Source: Tubiluchus corallicola
Taxonomy: Eukaryota; Animalia; Priapulida
Length of the DNA: 45,800 bases
NCBI GenBank assembly: GCA_030141605.1
Contig: JAQGDQ010001346.1
Span: 1 to 45,800, forward strand
Direction: 5' to 3'
A program made the translations under genes and the position numbers. Positions 22,220-34,480 of this stretch are shown here, piece by piece. Numbering within the stretch: the first letter of the stretch is position 1; each line of letters begins with the position of its first letter. The notes below the pieces were generated by a model. The model saw only the letters and a program-made list of their open reading frames with translations, was not told the DNA's origin and did no database searches.

Positions 22220-22764
22220 AGGAAAAACGGATGATTTTGTAAACATGAGTTCAGAATAAAGAATGCTCTAAAATATCGAAAACTACAATACCTTGTTTAA
22301 ATCAAAGCTTAGATTAAATAATAAATTCCTCAGATACTCAATATTTGTTAAAGTTTCAAAGCTTCGCGAAGCGGCTCAGTGAATCTACTAAGATTGGCAG
22401 CGGCTCCTTTTTGTCACATTCGCATAGCCGACAAATAGAAGGCGGTAAGACCGTGATAACCATAATCATGAACTGCTGTGTTAGTTTCTGATGTCACATG
22501 ATACAAAGCCAATTTTCGTGACATCACGCGTTAAAGCTGTACTGTAACACTTGCGCAAACGTGCTTGATGCGCAAGGGAAGACGTCTGCCATTGCACAAA
22601 CTGTTTCAACGTAAGCAGTAGCTGTGCTTGGTTGCTATTAATGAACTAAGCTAACTATTCGAATATAAGAAATAACTGCTAACTTTTACAGGCAGGAAAA
22701 TGAATATTATGGACAGTAAATTAAAATGAGATTGACGGAGTCTAAACAATTGTCCGGTTTTCCT
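22220..22764. mobile_element. Kolobok-like non-autonomous DNA transposon
   Basis: TTAA|AGGAAAAACGGATGATT ... AATTGTCCGGTTTTCCT|TTTAA; related copies at ~41698-41890 and ~42030-42300. Confidence 0.65.
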
Positions 22765-23369
22765 TTTAAGAAAATTAACATTAACAATAAACTTTGCTTT
22801 TAATATGAAAAATTGTCTCTGAACAATGCTTGGAATGCTGTTTTGAAATACGAATTTGAGATTTAAAAGTGAATTCTAAATAAAAACAATGTCATTGTAA
22901 GTCATTGTTTATTTCTATAATAAAATGCGTCACGCAACGCCACAGCAAGTAAAGATAGATAGGTGATTTTAATTATTTAGAGATAAAGGCTCATAAATTG
23001 TATTCAAGTAAGTCTTCTGTCTGTTTAGACTTGACTTCAATGTGCAAGAACGAGATTTTGGCTTTGCAAGGATCGGCATTTTCCTCAGTTTTGTAACGAA
23101 CAAAAAGAAATAGCGTTATTAGTCCAGAAGGTAGGACTCTATTTAATTGTCGCAAATATTCGTCTGTTTTTTTGCCAGAGTAAATGCTTGTCAAGTTCAG
23201 CACTAGTTTGACAGTTCCATTTTTAGGTTTGAGGACTTCAGTACTGTATTTAGACGTGTTTTGTTTGCAGCCTTTTTCTGATCACTTACGTTTTTTTTAC
23301 TCAGCTGGATTGTCAAATCTGTGAGACTTCTTTTCATGAGTTACTGTGGCAAAAGTTGTTTGTTGCACA

Positions 23370-23477
23370 ATGAATGCGGCCTCTGCGACAAGCTGTTTAT
23401 TGTTACTATCAGTTACTCTCAGTGGTGTGAGTGCAGGTACTGAAGTGCGTTTGAACAGCAGCAGGAGAACTACACCG
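23370..23477 (+). CDS. C-type lectin 2, exon 1 (signal peptide)
   Basis: MNAASATSCLLLLSVTLSGVSAGTEVRLNSSRRTTP; donor CCG|gtaatt, phase 0. Confidence 0.88.
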
Positions 23478-23549
23478 GTAATTAGTTTAATACAACTGTT
23501 AGTAAGATTCTTATTACAGTAGAATCTTCTTGATTTTCAACCCGTTTTC

Positions 23550-23778
<229 letters not shown>

Positions 23779-23938
23779 TCGAAGTAAAACAACGGCTCTA
23801 AATAAACAGTTTTCCTGATATTTACATAAGCGCCTGTAACTAGCTTCCTGTGTTGCAAATAATTATCGGATGACAATTTCAGGATCACTTGTGTGTTGAC
23901 TTTTGGTTATTTTATGACGCTAATTGTTGTTTTTCCAG

Positions 23939-24131
23939 AATGAGGTTGTGTTGTGTTCTGCATGCTGCAAAAATGGTGGTGAATACTATGATGGACACTG
24001 CTACTTGTTTCACAAACTCAACCTTAACTGGGAAAGAGCTGCCGTTAAGTGCAGATTGTCAGATAGTGAGCTGGTTACCATGGAAACGGATGGGGAAAAT
24101 CAGTTCATCGCTAACTACATGAAAACGAATG
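23939..24131 (+). CDS. C-type lectin 2, exon 2
   Basis: Acceptor tttttccag; 193 bp, same length as the paralogue; G|gcaagt donor. Confidence 0.9.
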
Positions 24132-24801
24132 GCAAGTGTTTTAGTCGTAAACAATTTTACTTTATGTTAAAAGTCACCAACCTTCTGAACAAGGAATTAC
24201 TATATACATGTAACTACATTTTTTAATGGTACCTCTTTGCCCGCCATAAGCAAAATGAAGAACCAGCAGTGATGTAACGTTATGAATATCTTTATTATTC
24301 ATATTGCTCCAAACAAGTGGACTAAATGAGAGTTTAATGAGATGGTTGATGTTGCATAGCAGAATTTAACTATTTGAATCGAGGTTCAGTTTTTGACAGA
24401 CTGACTCTCGTGCTTCCGCAAACGTCAAGGCGGTTTCAGGCTTTTGTCCTTAGAAAAATATAACAAAGAAATTTGGTAAAACTATTTTTAAAGCATAAGG
24501 CAATTCATATTGTCACGGTATAGGAATTTTTATGCACACTGGTAGATGTCATCCACCTGAAAATCATGACGTAATTCTCATGCCTCATGACTTTTCGCAA
24601 GAACATCTTGGCTCATATATATGAGGCAAAACACTTCCAGTCAAATTCAGTCTTATTCGTTCATTATTGCATCAAAATTTTTGACAAAAATTCATTTGTG
24701 GAGCTGACAAGCATAAACGCTTAGCAACGCCTAAAGTCCCATTGCTTCGGGTGCAATTATGTTCACTTGTTCACGAGATTTGGGAATCATTGCGCTTTTG
24801 A

Positions 24802-25459
24802 GCAGAAAGACAATGGTCCGTAACTTTGAGTAGGCAGTTCTGTTCGCATGGCCCAACAAACAGATCGAAAGGTGCAGAAACTGGACAGATTCTAGCAGGT
24901 GACCACTTCATGCAGAAAGACAATGGTCCGTGCCTTTGAGTACTCAGTTCTGTTCGCATGGCCCAACAAACAGATCGAAAAGTGCAGAAACTGGACAGAT
25001 TCTTGCAGTTGACCACTTCATGCAGAAAGACAATGGTCCGTACCTTTGAGTAGGCAGTTCTGTTCGCATGGCCCAACAAACAGATCGAAAGGTGCAGAAA
25101 CTGGACAGATTCTAACAGTTGACCACTTCATGCAGAAAGACAATGGTCCGTAACTTTGAGTAGGCAGATCTGTTCGCATGGCCCAACAAACAGATCGAAA
25201 GGTGCAAAAACTGGACAGATTCTAGCAGGTGACCACTTCATGCAGAAAGACAATGGTCCGTGCCTTTGAGGCAGTTCTGTTCGCATGGCCCAACAAACAG
25301 ATCGAAAGGTGCAGAAACTGGACAGATTCTAGCAGGTGACCACTTCATGCAGAAAGACAATGGTCCGTAACTTTGAGTAGGCAGTTCTGTTCGCATGGCC
25401 CAACAAACAGATCGAAAGGTGCAAAAACTGGACAGATTCTAGCAGGTGACCACTTCATG
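24802..25459. repeat. 110-bp tandem repeat, 6 copies
   Basis: GCAGAAAGACAATGGTCCG recurs at 24802, 24912, 25022, 25132, 25242 and 25349. Confidence 0.95.
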
Positions 25460-25782
25460 GCTAAATGCAGAAAAATACGTTGCAGTTACGATATATTCGT
25501 AAGCAAGACAATCTTTCGTAAATATGTTTGTTGTCCATTTGGCTTAAATTCAGCTAGCCTTATTTTCCTAATAACTACCCAATTTCACACATACAGTTTG
25601 TAGTTTCTTGAAATGTTGTCATTACCTTCTGCTTAACTTATGAAGCCTTTCCTTTGGCTACTTGATGTTTTAATTTCGTTGAGCACAATCAGTTTATCTG
25701 CTGATCAGACATTAGTTGTCGTGTTGTTTGCGTAAGAGAGTTGTTGTTCTATGTAAGATGATGGCCTAATATTTTTGTGAGC

Positions 25783-26224
25783 GAGTTTCCGTAGTCGTAG
25801 CGATTTTTGTAGTCGTAGAGTTTCCGTAGTCGTAGTGATTTTTGTAGTCGTAGAGTTTCCGTAGTCGTAGTGATTTTTGTAGTCGTAGAGTTTCCGTAGT
25901 CGTAGTGATTTTTGTAGTCGTAGAGTTTCCGTAGTCGTAGTGATTTTTGTAGTCGTAGAGTTTCCGTAGTCGTAGTGATTTTTGTAGTCGTAGAGTTTCC
26001 ATAGTCGTAGCGATATTTGTAGTCGTAGAGTTTCCGTAGTCATAACAATTTTTGTAGTCGTAGAGTTTCCGTAGTCGTAGTGATTTTTGTAGTCGTAAAG
26101 TTTCCGTAGTCGTAGCGATATTTGTAGTCGTAGAGTTTCCGTAGTCGTAGCGATTTTTGTAGTCGTAGAGTTTCCGTAGTCGTAGTGATTTTTGTAGTCT
26201 TAGAGTTTCCGTAGTTGTAGCGAT
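25783..26224. repeat. 35-bp minisatellite, paralogue of 18568-19024
   Basis: Same unit and same flanks. Confidence 0.95.
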
Positions 26225-26326
26225 ATTCTTGTGTGCATTTTCGAGTCAGTTCAAATGTTTCCACTTTCCCCAAATGAAACTGGTCTCCCAGTATACCGGT
26301 AATTCTTTTAATTATTCTTTCTATAG

Positions 26327-26547
26327 GTTTCAGCAGGTTATGGACAGGGTTAACAGATTTACTTGTTGAAGGGGAATGGAGATGGATTTCTAATGGTCAG
26401 CCTATGACATTTAACAGCAGCTGGGGTGATCACCAACCCAGCAAAAACGGAAATTGTGTAGAAATGAAATCCGAAATGCAGTACCGTTGGAATGATGTAA
26501 CATGCAGCTCTCAGATTCCATTTGTCTGTGAATCCGATGCTGATTAG
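26327..26547 (+). CDS. C-type lectin 2, exon 3 (QPS and WND motifs)
   Basis: FSRLWTGLTD...WGDHQPSKNGNCVEM...WNDVTCSSQIPFVCESDAD*; 211/221 nt identical to lectin 1 exon 3 by manual count. Confidence 0.92.
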
Positions 26548-28329
26548 ATCAAAGTTCTCAGTCAATATCTAACATGAACTTGCATCGTCTACGCCTAAAT
26601 GCATTTACACTTTAGCAGAAATTCCTGTATCACTTGTTCCTATGAAACATGGGTGATATTAAATCGCTTTGTTAAACTTTGCTCCAAGAACGATATTTGT
26701 CTCTACGGCTGAAAGTAGACAATTGATTAAACTAAGCTGAACACTGGAATGAAATACCTGATTTTCTAGTTTTTCTTTTTCATTTGATGTTAGTTCATTT
26801 ATTGAAATGTTCCGTGCTTGTTTTGAATCTTTCATTGTCTATTTCATTTTCATTTTCATTGAAAAGTTTGCTAACTTTACATTCTGGAATTAGCAACTTT
26901 AAATTTAGTAATTTATCAAGTTATGCATGTCCTATTTAAGCAGGAAGGTTAAAAACTGACATTTCATCATTCTAAGTTTTCTTTTGTGACATGAATGTGC
27001 AAATCACGAGGCGTTGCATTTCTTATTCAAAATATTTTTCATTTCTTAAGTAAAGTTAACTGCTGAAGTAAATGTAATAATTTAATGTTGACTGTAGGCC
27101 TAAGGTTTGGAAGAACGATGTATGAAAATTCACACAATTTTCCTTAAATTTACCAGCCTCAAAATTTTACTTTATGATGGTGTTTTAGCAGAAAAAGAAA
27201 GCAAATATTTATGCAGATTAATATTTGCGACATTTCATCGGCATTCTAATATTTTTCAGCATCATTTCCTGTACAATATTTATGATAATTTTACATTCAT
27301 CATAATTGTTCGTTTCACTTTTTTTCCTGCCTGTTTCAAAGTCAGTGATGGAATTCGGGCCCACTCAGTATGATGATTCGCTTTAATATGATGAGTAAAT
27401 AAATCGCATTTTTTGCGAAGGACAAGCTGTACTTTTCTTTACAAGTGTAAGGAGACGCACCACAATTTAATCAGAGAGAATCGGCTTTCTAGTCCAGCTA
27501 ACACTGCAAGTGTTTATATAGGAAAGGGAGAAGCAATATCATTGGTCCAGTGGAAGGGGCCAATGGCCAATTACCTAGCGGCATAGCCACGAGAGCAGAG
27601 GATAATCAATGCAACAATTAGACATTAGATTCAATCAAAATCATACCTATGTGTATATATAACCGCATATCATGCCTACAGTGGGAGGTTTCACCGTTTC
27701 TCAAAATTTTAAAGCTTAAAGGAAAACAAGATAATTTTCCATATACTGCCCAATTTTCAAGTATGGTAAAAGTATACATTTTAACACATTTAGTACTACA
27801 AAAACGTTTTTGATAATTAAATAATAGATTAAAATCTTAATTAACGGCACGTGAGCCCAACTGTTGAAATTTCAAATTTATCACTGTGCTCACGCATGAG
27901 CCCTCGGACGTGTGCATTACGTCACAAACGAACGGCTCTAAACTGAGATAATTGTAAAAATACTTTCACTGGATAGCAGTTCATCTTTCATACAAAATAA
28001 ACTTTCCTGAAGCTCCTGTAGAAAACAGCTAAGAACATGAACAAACTGCATATGTAAAAATCTGACATGAAACACGATAAGTTCTGGTAAGTAATGGATC
28101 TTAATTACATGTGCAAAAAGAAGAATGTGAAGGTTTTAATAACCTAGTAACAAATTAAAACGTACTGATTTTAATTTTCTAATCCATTCTGTTTGTAATG
28201 ATCTACGTTTTGCCTATGAATGCGAGGAATTAACGGTTGTGCTTCTATATGCGTCTTTATTCCAAATTTCCATTAATATTTTAGCGTTACCGTTAGAAAA
28301 TATTCCCAACATACAAAACTTAAACTATA

Positions 28330-28590
28330 CAGAACAACAAATATCGCAAGAAACTGAATTTCTTTTTCATCGGTAATTTAAAAACACTGGCGATTCATAG
28401 CTAAAACTAGTGTGACTGCTGCCTCAGAAATTTTTTAGCCATTGTTTTAATACTGAGTAAAACGTAACAAACGTGTAATTTTAATGTTGTAGTTATATTA
28501 GGTGTTGAACGGCCTCTTTTCTTTATTGCAACTTTCTCATGGAAAGACAACTGTGAAATATTAAGCTGTTGTAGTTCACTTACAGTCACA
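28330..28590 (-). mobile_element. Possible hAT transposase N-terminal remnant
   Basis: LSFHEKVAIKKRGRSTPNI followed by a degenerate RNSVSCDIC. Resembles the region leading into the TTF-type zinc finger of hAT transposases; from memory. Confidence 0.35.
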
Positions 28591-28868
28591 GAACTTATTT
28601 CTTAGGGATGCAAGGCGTCCATTATTCAATAATTTGTTTTAAGCATCCATGCAAGTTTACACTTTATCATGTTCAAGAAGCTGGGAAAAACTTGGTAAAA
28701 CATTCCATAATAAACCAGGGTATGAAGAGAGAAGCTTGGCCCGTTCATCTGACATAGCATGACGTACAACTTGCAGAAAGTCGACTTTAAATGTAATTGG
28801 CAAATGCGTATCATCGTGAAGACTTTGATGTGAATTACCGCTTTTAGTAAAATTATTAAATGAGATAT

Positions 28869-29164
28869 AGTGGATAGTACGTTGTGTGAGCCGTGTGTAG
28901 CTGTTTATGAACGATTGAGGAATGGCAAAGCTATTAAGAGTTTATTTACGAAATAACACATTTATTAAATATCAGCACAATAAGTATGATATATATATAT
29001 ATATAGCAATGCCAAGGCCCCTGATCTACGAGAGAGACGTTCAGCTTGCAGGTGTAATGTCTGACCCGACTCTGCTGCCGGCTGATGTCAGCGTCTTATA
29101 TATGAGCGTCGTGCGCAGCCTGGCACTGGGTCAACTCTCGCCCACGTCATCACGTGGTACCACT
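28869..29164 (-). mobile_element. Solo-LTR-like element
   Basis: Termini AGTGG...CCACT; the minus strand shows TATATAAG and then AATAAA in LTR order; partly GC-rich. No TSD found. Confidence 0.4.
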
Positions 29165-30051
29165 CCTTAGCTGGCTTCCTTTTAGCTGGTATCTTATTAA
29201 CATAATTATTTAACATGATGTCCTGTTCCTAATATAATTTAACAGGTTCTCTTTACTCTTTTGTTTTAGAAAATTCGTATCAGACCAGGCGAGTTTTCAA
29301 CTGACTTTCTATTACTGAACTGCTCTAAGACAATGAAGAAATTGTCTTCATCTGGTAGACAAATTTTTGCTAGACTGGCAATTTGTTCTAACAAAAATCT
29401 ACTATTCATTCGTTTATTTGTTTATTAGACAAAAACACCGTCACAATTACATAATAAAATATACTACATACAATTATACAAACTGAAAACAAACATTACT
29501 ACAATTCCTCATCAAGCGAGCAATCAATTAGTGAACAATTGATGTAACTGCTTGCAGTTGAGCTAAAAGCTGGAACTGTAAAGCCTAGCAGCAATGCATG
29601 GTGTGTTGTTAGGTGTTAGCGGGCAGGATAAAAGAGATGCTCATTGAAAAGAGAGATGACATGAAGGTAAAATTAGGGTGTAAGTGCGTAATGTAAGTAA
29701 AGGAGAAGAAAGAAAGCTAAAAATTATAAAAAAACGACGAGGTGATAAAGATAAAAATGCAATGAAATGGATTTCAAATCGTTCCAATGTTTTACCTGTT
29801 CAACTTGTCAATTTGTTTTCACGGTGAGTATTAAAATATTCACCGGAATGTAGGCTATTATTTTTTATTATAATTAGGAAAAATATTCCATATTTACTCA
29901 TATAAAAGACTAGAGAATGTATTGTATAGCTGCTACTATAGCAACACCTTGCGAAGAAAAACAGACAGAACTACTTGTGTTTCTTCTTCATATACAAATA
30001 ATTCCTTTTGTTACAGTTTAGACAATTACATACTATGATACCCTCGGATAA

Positions 30052-30244
30052 GCTACAAATCTGGTCAACTGGCAACAATTCTAAAAACGACTGTGTAATT
30101 ATTTTTCTATTTAGATTTTACAAATTTGGTCAACTGGAAACAATTCTAACAATGACTGTGTAATGATTTTTCTATTTAGATTTTACAAATTTGGTCAACT
30201 GGAAACAATTCGAAAAATGACTGTGTAATGATTTTTCGCTTTAG
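30052..30244. repeat. 65-bp tandem repeat, 3 copies, each ending in an acceptor-like TTTAG
   Basis: AG ends at 30114, 30179 and 30244. Confidence 0.9.
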
Positions 30245-30456
30245 CTTTCCATGTTCTCGACCCAATGCCAGAACAGACCACTACTCCATGTCCACCTTCG
30301 ACCAGTGGTCAAACTACGACTGAATGTCCTCCTTGGTCCAAAGAAGGGAGGTCGTACTGCTTGAAGTCACACTGTGCCCTGCTTTTGATGATTAGTTCAA
30401 TATCAACGCTGATATCTTTTGTTTGGCTCATAATTGCACACATAAACCTAAAATAG
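30245..30456 (+). CDS. Probable terminal exon: Thr/Pro/Cys-rich stalk plus C-terminal transmembrane segment
   Basis: Acceptor ttttcgctttag, phase 1: FHVLDPMPEQTTTPCPPSTSGQTTTECPPWSK...ALLLMISSISTLISFVWLIIAHINLK*. AATAAA near 30611; candidate upstream exon 29270-29354. Confidence 0.5.
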
Positions 30457-31679
30457 CGTTTTTTTCCTTTTGACTCGAACATAGATATATTTTATATTAT
30501 ACAAAAATATAAATATTCGTGGTATGTGCATACTTGTTTAGTTGATACACTAGCACCGGAAAACATACTGAAATAGTTGATTCATTGAACTTATTAATTT
30601 ATTCATTCATAAATAAAAATAAAATAAATAATTTACATTGACATTATAACTCAATATTTCAGACACATATCGGCATATCGGAAGTTTAGATCACTTTACG
30701 GAAAGTTTGAAAATCAAAACCTTCGCGGCACACTCTTCACCGACTGAACGAAAGTTTAAATTGCTTTATTGCCAATAACATGAATATTGTACCCGCTTCT
30801 GGTGAGACGTGTTTGATGGGGATGCAATGCTGTTTTACCAGGTTGCGGTTAAACTATTAAAATTTATGTTGTTATAATAAATTTTCTAATAATTATTCAT
30901 TTATTTTATTTAACAATGTTTATAAAATACACATTTATAAAAGAAGAAGCTGGCACATTGCACTTATGCTAGCCATATAATACAATATAAAGTAATTTGC
31001 AATACATTTACAATAACAGTTATAAAACAAATTAAAATTTTCTCATTAAACGAGAAAAAAAACGGAAAGACACTACATACAGTAAAGAAAAAACAGCTTC
31101 AATCAAACGATCATTGCCAGCAGATAAAGTAACTTCATAAAATTTATAACTTTATAAAAGTATTTCAGAAAGTTAAGTGTGATGCTAAGTAATATAACTC
31201 TGTAAGGTAAATTTTTTGGCACGTACTTAAAAATTCCCTGTTCTTTTTCTATAAAAAGTACTCGCATGAATGGCTGCCGTCGGAATATTGAGTTAATTAT
31301 CCATCAAAAAAATCACCCCACGAAACACATTAACCAGCTCATCATGTTTGTATTAGTTAAACAGATATAAAATAAGTAAAGCTTCAGTTAATTACAATAA
31401 AAAGTCGTCTAGTGTTAGTCTCCTTTGTTATACTTTGACACATTGCTCAACAGAAAGCACTCATACAAGGTATCCCCAAAGAGATATTTGTAGCGTAACC
31501 GGAAGCTGCTTTCTTATCATGAAAATTCCTCTAGCATGAACCACTAAATCAAATGGCATGACATTGTCTCTGCCACATTTAGAAATACTGGATGGAGCAA
31601 AAAATTCGTCGAAGTTTAGACGAAAATAATATTGGAAGCAAGTGCCCTGCAAAGTCGAATTTTCACAGTTTGGTATTTT

Positions 31680-31873
31680 CACGGTTTTCACCTGTACGTT
31701 TTCTCATATGCTGTTTCAAACAACTGGATTGAATAAAAGCAGAGTCGCACCATGCACATTTGAAAGGTTTTTCTCCTGTGTGTATCCTCACATGTTCCTT
31801 CAAATGACTAGTGAGTGAAACCAGCATCACACAGTGTGCACTTGAAAGGCTTTTTGCCCGTATGACTTTGCAT
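31680..31873 (-). pseudogene. Frameshifted partial duplicate of C2H2 fingers 8-9 of the neighbouring ZF gene
   Basis: Near-identical to ~33150-33340, with a 2-bp deletion (GACTAGTGAG versus GACTATAGCGAG). Confidence 0.8.
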
Positions 31874-32451
31874 TTTTTAATGTTACATTACTGGTGACTG
31901 CTATTGCCACGTGTTTCCGTTTTTAATGTTACATTACTGGTGACTGCAACTGCCACGCGTTTCCGTTTTTAATGTTACATTACTGATGACTGCTATTGCC
32001 ACGTGTTTCCATTTTTAATGTTACATTACTGGTGACTGCTACTGCCACGTGTTTCCGTTTTTAATGTTAAATTACTGGTGACTGCTATTGCCACGTGTTT
32101 CCGTTTTTAATGTTACATTACTGGTGACTGCTATTGCCACGTGTTTCCGTTTTTAATGTTACATTACTGGTAACTGCTATTGCCACGTGTTTCCGTTTTT
32201 AATGTTACATTACTGGTGACTGCTATTGCCACGTGTTTCCGTTTTTAATGTTACATTACTGGTGACTGCTATTGCCACGTGTTTCCATTTTTTAATGTTA
32301 CATTACTGGTGACTGCTATTGCCACGTGTTTCCATTTTTTAATGTTACATTACTGGTGACTGCTATTGCCACGTGTTTCCATTTTTTAATGTTACATTAC
32401 TGGTGACTGCTATTGCCACGTGTTTCCATTTTTTAATGTTACATGTTTCCG
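31873..32451. repeat. 46/47-bp minisatellite (TTTTTAATGTTACATTACTGGTGACTGCTATTGCCACGTGTTTCCG), ~12.5 copies
   Basis: Period seen directly (31879, 31925, 31971...). Confidence 0.96.
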
Positions 32452-32977
32452 TTAACTCTGCCTGTGACTCGCTTTTGCATTTACTGTCCTATCTCATTTA
32501 AGCTTAGTTCCACAATGCACATAGGTCAGCTTTAGCTGCATGATAACAAAGTCCTGATTTTACCAACAGAAACAGTAAAAAAGTAACAAGTATCTGGGGA
32601 ATCCAGGAGCCGATGCACCTCATAAATTTATTAATAGACTTTGTAAAAACATCAGCCACTTTAAGATCACAGCCATTTTGTGCTGCAGATTACACCTACA
32701 TCCATCAGTGAAAGGTTCTTCATAGTGAAATAACTTCTTTAAATTTTTTCCATGGGCATCAAGGTCATCAAGTTTTGATTGAAAAAAAACAACCTTTCCG
32801 CTATTGACGTGATCGTTATAGGAGTTCCAAAATCTTCTAAACTTCTCAAAATCAGTGGATTGTTTTCCGCAACTGCACTTTCCTTCAGTCTTCCTACAAT
32901 GTCATCGACAGCTTTTCTCTCACAGATGTATCATTTCTAAATACCAGCACTATACATGTACTGGGTACACCAAAAAA

Positions 32978-34480
32978 CTATTTTGCATGTACATATTTTG
33001 CCATGTGATATTTTAAACCGCCAGACTGAGCAAAAGTGGCACCACATTGTTTACACTTGAAAGGTTTCTCCCCCGTATGTGTCCTCATATGCTGTTTCAA
33101 AATACTTGACTGAGTAAAAGCTGCATTACACCGTGTGCACTTAAAAGGCTTTTCACCTGTATGTTTTCTCATATGCTGTTTCAAACAACTGGATTGAGCA
33201 AAAGCAGAGTCACACCACGCACATTTGAAAGGTTTTTCTCCTGTGTGTATCCTCACATGTTCCTTCAAATGACTATAGCGAGCGAAACCAGCATCACACA
33301 ATGTGCACTTGAAAGGTTTTTCGCCTGTATGACTTTTCATATGTTGCCTCAAGCCACCAGGGAAAGTAAAAGTAGCATCACACCATGTACACTTGAAAGG
33401 TTTTTCTCCTGTATGTCTTCTCATATGCTGTTTCAAACAACCAGATTGAGCAAAAGCAGAGTTACAACATGTGCATTTGAAAGGTTTTTCTCCTGTATGT
33501 ATTCTCACATGCTGCTTCAAATGACTAGAGTGACCAAAGGCAGCATCACATTGTGTGCATTTAAAAGGTTTTTCGCCAGTATGCGTCCTTATATGCTGTT
33601 TTAAATTACTAGACTGACTAAATGCAGCATTACACCATGTGCACTTGAAAGGCTTTTCCCCTGTATGTACCCTCATGTGCTCTTTCAAGCAGCCAGAGCG
33701 AGCAAAAACAACATCACACTGTATGCACTTAAATGGTTTTTCCCCAGTATGCATCCTTTCATGCAATTTCAAGTTACTGAGCTGACTAAAAACAGCATCA
33801 CACCATGTGCACTTAAAAGGTTTTTCTCCTGTATGAGTTCTCTCATGTTGTTTTAAGCCACCAAACAAATCAAAAGCAGCATCACACCACGTACACCTAT
33901 AAGATTTTTTACTTGCATTATGATGGTATACTGAAGCAGGATAACGAGTCTCACACTTAAATGGTAATTGTTCCTCACTTTTTTCTTCTCCATAGGCTGG
34001 AATTCTAAATTCTCTTGTTAGTGATGAGCATCTAGTCTTTACTTCTTTTGCATAATCTTTCGTGGTATCAGCTGAAAGACTATGTTCATTTTTTAGAAGA
34101 GCATGAGCTGTTCCATCATTCAAGCGAATAGCTGAAGTACTTGCTGAAATATCACAATCACTTTTCACTTGTATAAAGACAGATTGCTCCTTTGTATAAA
34201 ATTGTTTATAAACAGCACAGTTTTCCGAGTTATTATCTACAAACAAATCATGTTCAGTTTTTACGAATAGTTTATCACTTTGAAATCTGCATTCTGCTGC
34301 TTCGCTGTTGCTGGTATTTTCTATATTACCTGCTGCGACATCACATTCAGTTTTGACTAGCACATTGCTAATTTCCAGACTGTCTGTTGTTTCATTATTA
34401 GTACAATCCTTTATCACATTTACAATAATATCAGGCTCAAGTTTCTCTGACAGGTAAACTGCTTTTATATCCAGATCCAT
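32978..34480 (-). CDS. C2H2 zinc-finger protein, 500 aa, 11 tandem fingers
   Basis: Single coding exon; ATG at 34480 after acceptor tgtctcacag. TGEKPFKC linkers; N-terminal region has VKTE-type SUMO-consensus motifs. Candidate 5'UTR exon donor at 34930. Confidence 0.93.
   Translation of the reverse strand: MDLDIKAVYLSEKLEPDIIVNVIKDCTNNETTDSLEISNVLVKTECDVAAGNIENTSNSEAAECRFQSDKLFVKTEHDLFVDNNSENCAVYKQFYTKEQSVFIQVKSDCDISASTSAIRLNDGTAHALLKNEHSLSADTTKDYAKEVKTRCSSLTREFRIPAYGEEKSEEQLPFKCETRYPASVYHHNASKKSYRCTWCDAAFDLFGGLKQHERTHTGEKPFKCTWCDAVFSQLSNLKLHERMHTGEKPFKCIQCDVVFARSGCLKEHMRVHTGEKPFKCTWCNAAFSQSSNLKQHIRTHTGEKPFKCTQCDAAFGHSSHLKQHVRIHTGEKPFKCTCCNSAFAQSGCLKQHMRRHTGEKPFKCTWCDATFTFPGGLRQHMKSHTGEKPFKCTLCDAGFARYSHLKEHVRIHTGEKPFKCAWCDSAFAQSSCLKQHMRKHTGEKPFKCTRCNAAFTQSSILKQHMRTHTGEKPFKCKQCGATFAQSGGLKYHMAKYVHAK

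Noticed and set aside
24802-25459. CRISPR-like or coding-repeat interpretation of the 30-110 bp arrays
   Set aside because: Units are contiguous with no unique spacers, no cas genes are present, and the context is eukaryotic introns.
33161-33856. Plus-strand ORFs over the ZF gene
   Set aside because: Antisense shadows of the zinc-finger repeat.
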